The notes under the pieces were generated by a model. The model was given only the letters and a program-made list of their open reading frames with translations. It was not told the origin of the DNA and did no database searches. From Candidatus Omnitrophota bacterium (GTDB taxonomy: Bacteria; Omnitrophota; Omnitrophia; Omnitrophales; Aquincolibacteriaceae), in NCBI GenBank assembly GCA_035368605.1, contig DAOSLF010000010.1, positions 766 through 64,765 of the forward strand: DNA of 64,000 nucleotides. The letters are read 5' to 3'. The translations under genes were made by a program, and so were the position numbers. Below, one piece after another: positions 26,801 to 33,313 of this stretch. Every line of letters starts with the position of its first letter. Within the stretch, counting starts at the first letter, position 1.

Positions 26801-28682
26801 GGTCCCGCGTAAGACCGTGGGCCGCCAGGGCCGGAGACCTGAGGGAAGCGATCAACTCACCGACAGGCGTTTTTCTCCGGCTGCTGATCACGTGAAGGGC
26901 TTCCCGGAATATTCCAAGAAGGCGATCAGCGGTGGCGGACCCAAGGTCTTGACGCAGGAGATGATATCCGGACGCGAACGAAGGAGGGCGGACATTGGAC
27001 GACCGGAATTGTCGTTCCGGCCCCGGAGACGAGGTCCGGTCTTTAAGGAGCATCGCATCCAGGTAGGCGCCGGGTTTGCCGGGTTTCGTGATGCGTGGCG
27101 TGACCCGCACGCAGGAGATCCCGGCCTTTTTCAGGAATTCCGTAACGCCGGTGGAGTGGTAACCGCCGGTAACGAGTACGGCGTTCGGCTGTTTCATTGC
27201 CTTCATCCGCGCGATCATGTTCGCAAGCAGGGCTTGCTCGCGGGCTTCAGCGGTTTCGTAAAACGCCCGGGCCTGGTTGAGCGCCGCCCGCACGGGGCTT
27301 CCGTCCGCCGGTTTTACTCCGGGCTCCGCACCCCGCACTGACTTTTGATATTCCTCACTCGTCAATTCCAGGCTGAAAAGCTTCTTCAGTATCCGGTACT
27401 CCCTGTACCGCTCGACCAGCGCCTTCTCTTCGGGCTTGCCGGCGAGTTTTTCAAGGATGCGGTCGTTCAGCCTTTCGACCTCTTCGAAAAGTTCGGGGGT
27501 CCGGAGTTCGGAGGAAAGGATCGCGCTGCCGATCTCCCTGGCCAGGACGGGATAGTCTTCGAATCTGAAACCGAGCGGTGAGGCGGATTCATAAAAACGC
27601 TCCACGGCCGTTCGGAAATCAGATGTAGTGCGGGGCGCGGAGTGCGGGGCGCGGCGTTTCAGATCATTGATAAATTCGCAAGAGTCCGGTTTGAGACCTT
27701 TCCCGCTCACCCATTCACGCAGTTTTGTTTCATCCACCCCGTGCTCCGTACGTTGTACGCCGTGCCCGGGTTTTTCAAGCTGTTGAAGTCTGAAAAATCT
27801 GACGAGTTGCGGCCAGTCATACTGTTCGTAAGGATCCGTGAGATCCAGGTCCAGATATTTCGCGGCGGCGCCGGCCATTCGATCGAGACCCGAGAACGGC
27901 TGATCCGCAACCTCGGTCCGGAAAGCCCATTCCCTGAAGAAGGTTTTGCATTCGGGGTTCAGGGTTCGGGAAGCGTCATCGGCGATCTTCTGCCGCTGAT
28001 CCCTGAGGAACGCATCGGTCCGCGGTTTGGCGGCATAGACCGCCCGGAACTGCTCGAGATTCTTTTTGTAAAGCGGAAGATCTTCCACGCCATGGACACG
28101 CCCCGGAACCTGGGCACGGGATACGGAGTACGGCTCAAGACCCGTTGACGCAGGCTCCGTGCCTCGGTCTCCGTACTCTGCACTCAAAAAAAGCTCGACG
28201 CCGCCGATCAGCCCGACCCGGTTCAATTCCTGAAGAAGCTCCCGATTGAGCTCACTGTCATCAAAGAACCGGAGCGCCTCGGGCTCCAGCTCTTGCCAGA
28301 CACCTTCGAGGTATACTGTATCAAGATTGTAATATTCGCGGAGATATTCGAGGATTCTGGCGATGTTCTCCTGCCCCTCCGGCTGCCCGTGGGCCTCCTC
28401 AATATGGACAATGAGTCCGGAAGAAGGACTCGCGGGACCGGCCGCGTAGCAAGTTTCCCGTATTGAACCGATCTCCGGGGGGATGACGATGTGATCCGGA
28501 AGCGTCAGCGACCGGATCTCCGAACTCCTTATTCCCGGCTCCGTATCGAGTGCGGGCATTCCCCACGCAATCGTGGTCGTGACAAAGCAGATCAGCGTGA
28601 ACAGACTGACCGCGCGAAGATAGTGACAAATCCTGCCTTGGTTTTTGAGCATAGCCGGACTGATAGAACGCCTTTCCTCCAA
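17877..28682 (-). CDS. giant 3601-aa multidomain protein. Order: N-terminal TM, shared ~450-aa His-motif domain, Rossmann/MTase-like segment, swivel-His-like domain, PEP-synthase/PPDK-type ATP-grasp domain, PglC-like phosphoglycosyl transferase, PP2C phosphatase, 300-aa C-terminal tail.
   Basis: Single uninterrupted ORF. Individual domain motifs are listed in the findings. Confidence 0.8.
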   Translation of the reverse strand: MEERRSISPAMLKNQGRICHYLRAVSLFTLICFVTTTIAWGMPALDTEPGIRSSEIRSLTLPDHIVIPPEIGSIRETCYAAGPASPSSGLIVHIEEAHGQPEGQENIARILEYLREYYNLDTVYLEGVWQELEPEALRFFDDSELNRELLQELNRVGLIGGVELFLSAEYGDRGTEPASTGLEPYSVSRAQVPGRVHGVEDLPLYKKNLEQFRAVYAAKPRTDAFLRDQRQKIADDASRTLNPECKTFFREWAFRTEVADQPFSGLDRMAGAAAKYLDLDLTDPYEQYDWPQLVRFFRLQQLEKPGHGVQRTEHGVDETKLREWVSGKGLKPDSCEFINDLKRRAPHSAPRTTSDFRTAVERFYESASPLGFRFEDYPVLAREIGSAILSSELRTPELFEEVERLNDRILEKLAGKPEEKALVERYREYRILKKLFSLELTSEEYQKSVRGAEPGVKPADGSPVRAALNQARAFYETAEAREQALLANMIARMKAMKQPNAVLVTGGYHSTGVTEFLKKAGISCVRVTPRITKPGKPGAYLDAMLLKDRTSSPGPERQFRSSNVRPPSFASGYHLLRQDLGSATADRLLGIFREALHVISSRRKTPVGELIASLRSPALAAHGLTRDPRRPARLKPLEGRAEARLRDEDVKPFLSVAEAQRAVYFVRRPDRFKVTYGYNAVPDTFARSKSVTEHLKRDFPSLSAYIGNPSYYFNAGECLDRLMVSLEGLMSSLPKAVRAALNESIGSVEGDFIRELFPLFREKFPDVIHDFYHSANRDGDLVPLDYFEADIDGSGEKQVIVRRHGDVVYYRDHPATRAILGPATSRYPDVQFIALENPDFMGRSETPVASAHVALALMQQLRPVVQDFPAVDFGASDGKLGLFFRNSPKVLFVEPVAVKRARLAGNLKRNGWEPNRHQTVEYLGKALDSGEVDPAEWKDAIVVMNISYVFGAYSEGEEMSFLEEVKRLEPAMVITTGLTFALREDIMGPFSEAYSVLAGATSQEFAHSDRYIALLMVRDDIAKKYFPKGVRAILQPVKDLSVRSEQREPPAPDRELLLNRRTEPVDDKNRARSSQISELIRQLHSPDRTGKEKAGAVLAGLVREDPEVLLEIHDSFDALAGALKGPHPDSLKFLAGENLRRIPVTPEILEDLRGRAVAAGMSREDFDYFRKIARETDSGVGALLHPMLMLRAGLTGEFMKKNLDRAVREFGGAEKLREVIRNFRTLYGMPVTSAHLSDLVHLEKIVYISFVPETPERAKVVRNEDPDIEGDVDDDTVPSGDERALLNQEMRFAVPENMASLFTGRNIRKDGPFWNLGFYSINRNVLDARVAEFEKMHLKVREKAQAIATSSGLKELERHEFLESVTAFASAFKDLFRGAFRQEKEREFFSRIAAKKEELFRKSRTSAPSSLLSISPGWEHDYEWPESRIRRAQILNEFVNFLHHYYLSHFGNIVSDPEDQRKTEVLRGLDRKELMRSRFYNVLIDPGLHVVSPMVRYDPAEKTEAVAPVHLTDLTSYNTLSGRNSAALTFLLESLPPALPDYVADGIGTARDRKPVSGVAFPSLVGPYEEALVFNGSLAKLTFKPTRGAHYQVMALSLGPVSNQGNLDALLMPGGNDAGGEALGNTLRTTIQPTVAARLNEDAAKEPHSLFALSRRVPVLLYSGLGLVNMDSMLGAYLGMSRDLLKDIPDNLLFEELIRRVRQAEADANAAGKTGMGLRYPRLPLQYIEGEIDKRMRMFRTQSSVGQARDYFNRILAGLGLEPFPEDEIFLNQVSFAQYLVEPIRQGLLEGRLIRGGDGVLGKNPEYSEWKTPVERLLNALSRPVGEQDQSFASAKVLNRLPRHYFSGFKPLALIGRFLAVRVAVELPGQARVFYALMNADQSSFVYVLSAEKKDGTVLAAEIEDQLEVFYPLMTPRFDVSADTAVKEETLRQGLETSSPELTYGCKGSGFSPSLAPRAGKLVTRLPSHAPSHERYVLLRDEISDQDIAMIPKDPGAEDSSIAGILQTSSGLANLTSHTNLSLQSLRVHRVGLPDIDIHRNGEQQPDGFELRRYEKDSAVNIGGYSVRQIREIPDLVRADENTIVLLDETGKVEILGTSRMFRRQFDLLGKAEAGLLTAGDLKQFDLGALSARQRDYLLSEILSSGTIPDDMKKALLAKARVSEGELARYISRSEKELRNWLRSAHGKVTDTTFPQEIVSLFLETKKRMRAYESFVAFANACLGGDRPRFEADQGFVRETGDFKREVMRRWKDLSRKLIAKMESATEKKIVSSDLPALARMLKEAEHFGLTDLPAVRNLRESYEQTSKEKREPFKDVSAVRLNQTFFAAEEVGGKARELGEALVLKEADPRAPGFIEDGFVMTRKAFEEAVGPFEPEIRRILEEDIPAGKRYEKIRQLLDGPGKGLRDFPWEAWTGKLVRDRRQARFAVRSAGQEESSGAVLPGTHASVIGVRAENLAAAAQEVIASAWTPRAIGVRKMRGTDMFGGFMSVFVQPMIPAKVSGVLTVNRSTMVLSAGYGLTAGSQEEVGTDLVRMDAPDDFTKIHIGEKRTQKSLDPDGEGLVTEEIPENDGQKAALGNPQLREIYQLARFWQDYFRHPLVIEFAIDASGRIFLTDIKVYAQAWSDMNAGAFEFVMSDGVMIPKDFERILSREFAHPTRSGSPQGTDGSIPVSRPEVRQPIQPTRLDMVVLKGPEEKDAHRAFNDALRKLGSIYSYDKDYPGALAELMKVSSSQKLDDPSRRLTGGAVLYIPHAPDSKGQDRRDIFHFRGFIESDGAKNSLKAGTYARLHSVQFEREDGRDISYYRFVPIEDWKKLLEAPGIWELTPRVRTEPGTKQKAPAGQSAPEVITEKIFAGSPYAKWAPWLRAIDIVASLFIIMPVLAAATAVFAPFIGWPVFFTQERPGYKGKLFKIYKFRTMPVSGNRVPTRFGAFLRRTGLDELPQAINILKGEMSIVGPRPLRQQELDIYPSYATVFNTRKPGWCSFHMWQRRFGKGPPTRAELIRALDRNADEVLSWSGKLMVRIIAGTLKVMLGEIFGEFETAQAEGIRGKQEDRFFHRNVGSLISGFPGGGGRMMAVMDGHGGAGAVNLLRALLVPFFRVLVLWHRGNIESALAGTNRILQILTAWMYSGSTLSLVYVPKDRKTAYVMILGDSPVYIFKDRREPVPLPEHGVAEDPDMRPAPGFEVAAEDGRVFIRNLRTGRSTTTTRGFGDRAFSPTLIRKPEILKIDLTDARESIEILVATDGIHGDDPGGRVERDRRIRDLSLKGRMADDYVVLAGDHKALDNVTVLRWVFEPETGDPRSEKRMAPTEDRGGVPGKRRDGSVLSKNVAGLPLSARRSEKRSLAESQKRILDPNEIGVARAAAYVLRQERVLAIGRAELGRVLDSLVPAAHTMKIRTPGSGTREAKDLLMDPVKLESGREQVAVIFDAVPAANDPVLQTLVVLIANSKFLFQIIIPGVSKTELGEFSRMLMKMAQKARKAGGRIDLSVDSDEMKIAGFFGRNSEGGLVYDLRGDEGAGLRSLAPSLAKAGRGKRVLSVYNDKGMTLSQRSYGLIASLNTLLENKDLPRGVQPLSAILLLAENIQIAAEAARSLASAA
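18798..19520 (-). other. PP2C-type Ser/Thr phosphatase domain within the 3601-aa protein
   Basis: RMMAVMDGHGG, ILGDSPVYIFKD, LVATDGIHGDD metal-binding motifs. Confidence 0.65.
19698..20075 (-). other. PglC-like monotopic phosphoglycosyl transferase (bacterial sugar transferase) domain within the 3601-aa protein
   Basis: Re-entrant hydrophobic helix, then FFTQERPGYKGKLFKIYKFRTM and TGLDELPQAINILKGEMSIVGPRP. This closely follows the PglC/WbaP catalytic-domain consensus, including the DE dyad. Confidence 0.8.
20622..20642. repeat. REP palindrome copy D, located in-frame inside the 3601-aa ORF
   Basis: Identical to copy A. Translates on the minus strand as IQPTRLD within ...VRQPIQPTRLDMVV... 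Confidence 0.7.
20800..21698 (-). other. PEP-synthase/PPDK N-terminal-type ATP-grasp nucleotide-binding domain within the 3601-aa protein
   Basis: AEEVGGKARELGEAL ... PGFIEDGFVMT (GGKA nucleotide-binding motif + PGF) and downstream DMFGGFMSVFVQPMI. Confidence 0.55.
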
Positions 28683-28865
28683 GGAGAGATTCCCTTATAA
28701 CCTCTTTTGGAGCAATGAGTTGATCGTTGAAGAAGGATAACATCCGGTTGCTTGCTTAGCAAATTTACTTAAAATGTTTTTATAATTTAATATAGCAAAA
28801 TATAATTATTCTTACCTTTTAAACGATTTTACAACATTTTCTATTAGAACTAAAAAATGCGTCTG

Positions 28866-28887
28866 ATTCTCGCGCATGCGCGAGAAT
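28866..28887. promoter_or_regulatory. perfect 22-bp palindrome ATTCTCGCGCATGCGCGAGAAT (candidate operator), with a second CCGCATGCGG palindrome at 28900-28909
   Basis: Perfect dyad symmetry about 150 bp upstream of sodB, in the AT-rich divergent intergenic region. Confidence 0.3.
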
Positions 28888-29035
28888 TCACGTCTTTCCG
28901 CATGCGGGACGGCAAAAGCAAAGAGGCCGGGGTTTTCAATTTACGGGAGATGTTCTCATGTTATAATGCCCTTCCCCTTTGATCGCATCTGCAGGTCAAA
29001 GCATCACTGTTGACTCAAACCCGGAGGTATTCATC

Positions 29036-29620
29036 ATGTCATTCGAACTGCCGAAGCTCCCTTATGAACTCGACGCGCTCGCCCCTGTTTTCTCGAAGGA
29101 AACGCTCGAATACCATTACGGAAAACACCATCAGACCTATGTCACGAATCTGAACAAGCTGACGGACGGAAAACCGGAAGCCGGCAAATCCCTCGAAGAG
29201 CTCATCAAGACCGCGAAGGGCGGAATCTACAACAATGCGGCACAGGTATGGAACCACACGTTCTACTGGAACTGCCTGAAACCCCGGACAGACGACAATG
29301 CCCCGGCCGGCGCGATCGCGGAGGCGATCAATCAATCTTTCGGAAGTTTCGAGGAATTCAAAAGCTTTTTTTCCAATGCCGCCGCGACCCTTTTCGGTTC
29401 CGGCTGGGTCTGGCTCGTGAAGGACGAGGATGGCTCTCTCGGTGTCGAATCCCTTTCAAACGCCGGCAATCCTCTCACGAACGGACAAAAACCCCTTTTG
29501 ACGATCGACGTTTGGGAACACGCCTACTACATCGATTACCGGAACGCGCGGGCGAAATACATCGAGGCCTTCTGGAACGCGGTGAACTGGGAGTTCGTGG
29601 CGAAAAATCTGGAGGCCTGA
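29036..29620 (+). CDS. sodB: Fe/Mn superoxide dismutase
   Basis: HHxxY N-terminal motif and DVWEHAYY metal-binding motif. GGAGGT RBS before ATG at 29036. Confidence 0.9.
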   Translation: MSFELPKLPYELDALAPVFSKETLEYHYGKHHQTYVTNLNKLTDGKPEAGKSLEELIKTAKGGIYNNAAQVWNHTFYWNCLKPRTDDNAPAGAIAEAINQSFGSFEEFKSFFSNAAATLFGSGWVWLVKDEDGSLGVESLSNAGNPLTNGQKPLLTIDVWEHAYYIDYRNARAKYIEAFWNAVNWEFVAKNLEA

Positions 29621-29753
29621 TTTTTCCGTGCGAAGCACGGAACGCGGCGCGCGGAAACTTCAGAAAAAAATCCCTGCGTAAGGGGAATTAAAAAATCCGG
29701 TCTTGCCATCAAGACCGGATTTTTTCTCCGCCCCCAAAACCCCGCGCTGCGTA

Positions 29754-30266
29754 CTAATTCAGCATCGACTCCATCCGGAGGATGGCTTTTTCGGCAAGCG
29801 TATATTGGGGATTTTGATCGAGCGCGTGCCGGTAGGCGTCGAGGGCCTTCATCCAGTTCCCCTGGTGTTCCCAGACCCTTCCCAGGTTGTACCAGGCGTA
29901 GAACCTTCCGTCATACCGCTCCGCCATCGTGGCTTTTTCGATCCAGGGAAGCGCCTCGTCCCAGCGCCCCATTTCGATCATATAAGCGCCGATGTCATTG
30001 TAGGGATTTCCGTAATCGGGGTCGAGGCGGACCGCCTTCTCACATTCACGGATCGCGTCGCCATACCGGCCTTTCAGGCTATACGCCCAACCCAAATAGC
30101 TGTGCCCCTCCGCGGTGGGGCAGAGTTCGAGCGATTTCAGATAAAGGGGAATGGCCTCATCGACCTTTCCGGTCATCTGGAGGTCGTAGGCCTGCGCCAG
30201 CAACTGCTGTGCCTGCTCGGTCTTGTCGGACGGATTGTACGGATTGTATTCTGTCATCATCGGCAC
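29754..30266 (-). CDS. TPR-repeat protein
   Basis: Four TPR-like 34-aa repeats (W-LG-Y-A-F-A-P pattern). Confidence 0.7.
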   Translation of the reverse strand: MPMMTEYNPYNPSDKTEQAQQLLAQAYDLQMTGKVDEAIPLYLKSLELCPTAEGHSYLGWAYSLKGRYGDAIRECEKAVRLDPDYGNPYNDIGAYMIEMGRWDEALPWIEKATMAERYDGRFYAWYNLGRVWEHQGNWMKALDAYRHALDQNPQYTLAEKAILRMESMLN

Positions 30267-30316
30267 GAAACACGGAGTTCGGGGTACGGCGTAAAAGATT
30301 TTACTCCGTACCGGTT
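30262..30316. repeat. GC-rich hairpin repeat (GGTACGG ... CCGTACC), same family as 16757-16823
   Basis: cggagttcggggtacggcgtaaaagattttactccgtaccgg, followed by a T-run on the plus strand. Confidence 0.4.
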
Positions 30317-30317
30317 T

Positions 30318-30917
30318 TTAAAATCGCATAAACGGATTGGTGTGTTTTTCATGCCCGATCGTCGTGCTATGCGCGTCGCCGTAGGCGTGTCCGGCGTAAA
30401 CCCTGGTCTTCTCATCGAGCTCCGCGAGACGCTTCAGGCTCTGCGCCATCTTCTCTTCATCCCCGCCCGGGAGATCACAGCGTCCGCAGGCCCCCGGGAA
30501 AAGCGTGTCGCCCGTGATTACGATGTCCCCGGTCAGGAAACACTGGGCCCCTTCGGTGTGGCCGGGCGTGTGAAGGACCGTAAGCTCAAGCCCGCCGATC
30601 CGGATATTCATTCCCTCCCGTGTCTCGACCAGGTTCCTCCTGAACTCCTTCAGGTATTTCGCCTCGTGCTCGTGAACATAAATCCTGCATCCGGTCTTCC
30701 GGATCAGCTCATCGACGCCGTTCGCGTGGTCAAAATGGGTATGTGTCAAAAGACCGGCCACGACCTTCATCCCGTCCGCTTTGGCCTGCTTCAGAACGGC
30801 ATCCACGTCCCAGGCCGGGTCCACAACCGCGCATTCCTTCGCTTCCGGGTCCCCGATCAGATAGACAAAATTGGCCATGTGTCCGACGGGGATCTGCTTC
30901 AGATAGAGCTTACTCAC
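30318..30917 (-). CDS. MBL-fold metallo-hydrolase (glyoxalase II-like)
   Basis: THTHFDHANG zinc-binding motif. Confidence 0.8.
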   Translation of the reverse strand: MSKLYLKQIPVGHMANFVYLIGDPEAKECAVVDPAWDVDAVLKQAKADGMKVVAGLLTHTHFDHANGVDELIRKTGCRIYVHEHEAKYLKEFRRNLVETREGMNIRIGGLELTVLHTPGHTEGAQCFLTGDIVITGDTLFPGACGRCDLPGGDEEKMAQSLKRLAELDEKTRVYAGHAYGDAHSTTIGHEKHTNPFMRF

Positions 30918-31404
30918 AACAACAGCATCCCGCTTTCCTCGCCTTCTCGTAATAGATGACTTCGAGAAAGGGATCGTCCTGCAGTTTCATCCGCCTCTTT
31001 TCGATAAACGTCGGCGGAACCTCGGGGTAGAGCACGTCGCCTTCGTAATCGGCATGGATGCGGGTCAGGTAAATACCGTCCACCCGGTCGATCGTGGTCC
31101 GGTAGAGCTCCGCACCCCCGATGATGAATGCGTCCCGCGTCCTGACGTGCCGGAGGGCGTCATCGAGATTCGTAAAGTAGGTCTGGCCGGGATAAGGATT
31201 CTGGCCGGTCCTGTCCAGCACGATATTGTCCCGCTTGGGGAGGGGCTTGCATCCGAGGCTTTCAAAGGTCTTGAGCCCCATGATTACAGTCTGCCCCAGC
31301 GTGGTCGCCTTGAAATGCTGCAGGTCGTTCGGAAAATGCCATGGCAGCTGGTTCGCCCTCCCGATCACACGATTATTCGCGACTGCGACGATGTGAAATA
31401 ACAT
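30910..31404 (-). CDS. folA: dihydrofolate reductase
   Basis: DHFR fold motifs (VIGR.NQLPW, TLG..VIMG). ATG at 31404 with GGAGG RBS. The longer ORF to 31446 was rejected. Confidence 0.85.
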   Translation of the reverse strand: MLFHIVAVANNRVIGRANQLPWHFPNDLQHFKATTLGQTVIMGLKTFESLGCKPLPKRDNIVLDRTGQNPYPGQTYFTNLDDALRHVRTRDAFIIGGAELYRTTIDRVDGIYLTRIHADYEGDVLYPEVPPTFIEKRRMKLQDDPFLEVIYYEKARKAGCCCCE

Positions 31405-31493
31405 GAAACCTCCGGATTTCCTGGTTGCCGAGCCATAACACCACATGCCTCATGAATCTTTTTATCTCGCAGCCTGTGGCCTTGCGGCGTGAT

Positions 31494-32288
31494 TTATACA
31501 GCGACCGGCGCCTTGATCGCCGGCCACGGATCGTAACCTTCGAGCGTAAAATCCTCGTATTTAAAAGCAAAGATGTCCTTCACCGCGGGGTTCAGATTCA
31601 TCCACGGCAGCGCCTTCGGCTCGCGGGAGAGCTGGAGGGCCACCTGCTCGCGGTGATTCAGGTAGATATGCACATCCCCGAACGTGTGGATGAATTCCCC
31701 CGGCCGGAGACCCGTCACCTGGGCCATCATCAGGGTCAGAAGCGAATACGACGCGATGTTGAACGGAACACCGAGGAACACATCCGCGCTGCGCTGATAG
31801 AGCTGGCAGGAAAGTTTCCCGCCCGCGACGTAGAAATGGAAGAACGTGTGGCAGGGCGGAAGCGCCATCTTTTCGATCTCGCCGACATTCCAGGCGCTGA
31901 CAATTATCCGCCGGCTGTCCGGGTTGTTCCTGATCGTGTCGACAACCTGTCTGATCTGGTCCACTTCCCTGCCGTCCGCCGTCTTCCACCGGCGCCATTG
32001 GGCCCCGTACACCGGCCCGAGATTCCCCTCCGCGTCCGCCCACTCATCCCAGATCGTCACGCCGTTGTCCCTGAGAAACCGGATGTTCGTGTCCCCGCGC
32101 AGAAGCCAGAGGAGTTCGTAGATCACGGATTTGAGGTGGACCTTTTTCGTCGTCAGGAGCGGAAACCCGGCGGAAAGATCAAAGCGCATCTGATAGCCGA
32201 AGGTGCTGATCGTGCCGGTACCGGTCCTGTCCTTTTTCTCCTGACCGCGGTCAAGGATGTGCCGGAGGAGGTCCAGATACGGTTTCAT
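31494..32288 (-). CDS. thyA: thymidylate synthase
   Basis: Full-length ThyA with DRTGTGT and PCH motif region. Confidence 0.9.
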   Translation of the reverse strand: MKPYLDLLRHILDRGQEKKDRTGTGTISTFGYQMRFDLSAGFPLLTTKKVHLKSVIYELLWLLRGDTNIRFLRDNGVTIWDEWADAEGNLGPVYGAQWRRWKTADGREVDQIRQVVDTIRNNPDSRRIIVSAWNVGEIEKMALPPCHTFFHFYVAGGKLSCQLYQRSADVFLGVPFNIASYSLLTLMMAQVTGLRPGEFIHTFGDVHIYLNHREQVALQLSREPKALPWMNLNPAVKDIFAFKYEDFTLEGYDPWPAIKAPVAV

Positions 32289-33304
32289 GACGCCGCGTTC
32301 TCTTTCTCTTCCGCGGGCCCCTTCACGAATTTATCGTTCGTCACATTGAGGTCCTCAAAATAATAGCCGTTCAGGCGATAGACCTCGGGACTATCGGCCC
32401 GTTTCAGGAAATAAACGTAATCCTTCGCGTCCTTCGGACCGGCCAGAAGCGCAGTCTCTTTCCCGTCCTGCGTCACAGTCAATTTCCAGACGGGGTTCTC
32501 GAGCCCTAGGCTACGGTTCCGGGGGTTCTCGACCTTCTGGGCGCGGATGCTGTTCATCGTCGCGATGAATCCGAGAATCTTGCCGGGGTCCGCGGGGAGC
32601 GATTCTTTCGGCCCGCTCAGTTTCCAGTCGGAACTTCCCGCCGCGCTCCGTGATACCGAGGCCATCAGCGTCGTCACATCGTTCTTGACCCGGCCCACCG
32701 TTATTCGCGTCACCTTGTCGGGATCCACGCTCAGGAGGGAAAGGTCCGCCCAAAACTCATTCGCGGGCATCGCTTCTTCCAGGGCCGTAAAGAGTCCGAG
32801 CAAGCGGTCAAACGGCGTGTCCGTAAAAAAAACGTCCGCCTCGCCGCCCTCACGCATGAAGTAGCTTCCCGGACCCGCCGACCGGTTCCCGACCCGGAGA
32901 TCGAACAGCGGAGCGCCCGCGTCGTCCGCGACCTTGATGAAGAAGGCCTCGTCGTCCGTAATGGCGAAATCCCTGAAAAGCGCCTTGTCCGAACCGCGCA
33001 GGTCCCCCCGGAGCGCCGGCAGGGCCGCGAGCAGCGCCCCGACCTTGGCGGGATCGGCCTTCGCGTTCCACAGCTTCTTCACTTTCCAGGCACCGTTTTC
33101 CCTGAACAATTCCACGGAAGCGGCCCCGGACCCTTTACCGATTGCAATGAGCGACGCGCGGCCCGCGTCGAAAGACGCCATGACACGGGAAGAAACGCCG
33201 TCAGTGACCGCGGTGTCGTTTTTCCCCAGGAGGTCGCGGAAATAAACCCCTGCGATCAGAAGCGCGAGGATCACGGCGAGTGCGATAAGATGTTTTCGGT
33301 CCAT
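32285..33304 (-). CDS. DUF4340-like periplasmic protein associated with GldG-type ABC transporters
   Basis: N-terminal TM anchor, lies 3' of the permease/GldG gene. Similarity recalled, not verified. Confidence 0.45.
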   Translation of the reverse strand: MDRKHLIALAVILALLIAGVYFRDLLGKNDTAVTDGVSSRVMASFDAGRASLIAIGKGSGAASVELFRENGAWKVKKLWNAKADPAKVGALLAALPALRGDLRGSDKALFRDFAITDDEAFFIKVADDAGAPLFDLRVGNRSAGPGSYFMREGGEADVFFTDTPFDRLLGLFTALEEAMPANEFWADLSLLSVDPDKVTRITVGRVKNDVTTLMASVSRSAAGSSDWKLSGPKESLPADPGKILGFIATMNSIRAQKVENPRNRSLGLENPVWKLTVTQDGKETALLAGPKDAKDYVYFLKRADSPEVYRLNGYYFEDLNVTNDKFVKGPAEEKENAAS

Positions 33305-33313
33305 TCGAAAAAC

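Noticed and set aside
28683-28978. AT-rich island as a possible CRISPR leader/array or small-RNA locus
   Set aside because: No direct repeats of 24-48 bp with regular spacing and no tRNA-like structure. The most parsimonious reading is divergent promoters plus palindromic operators.
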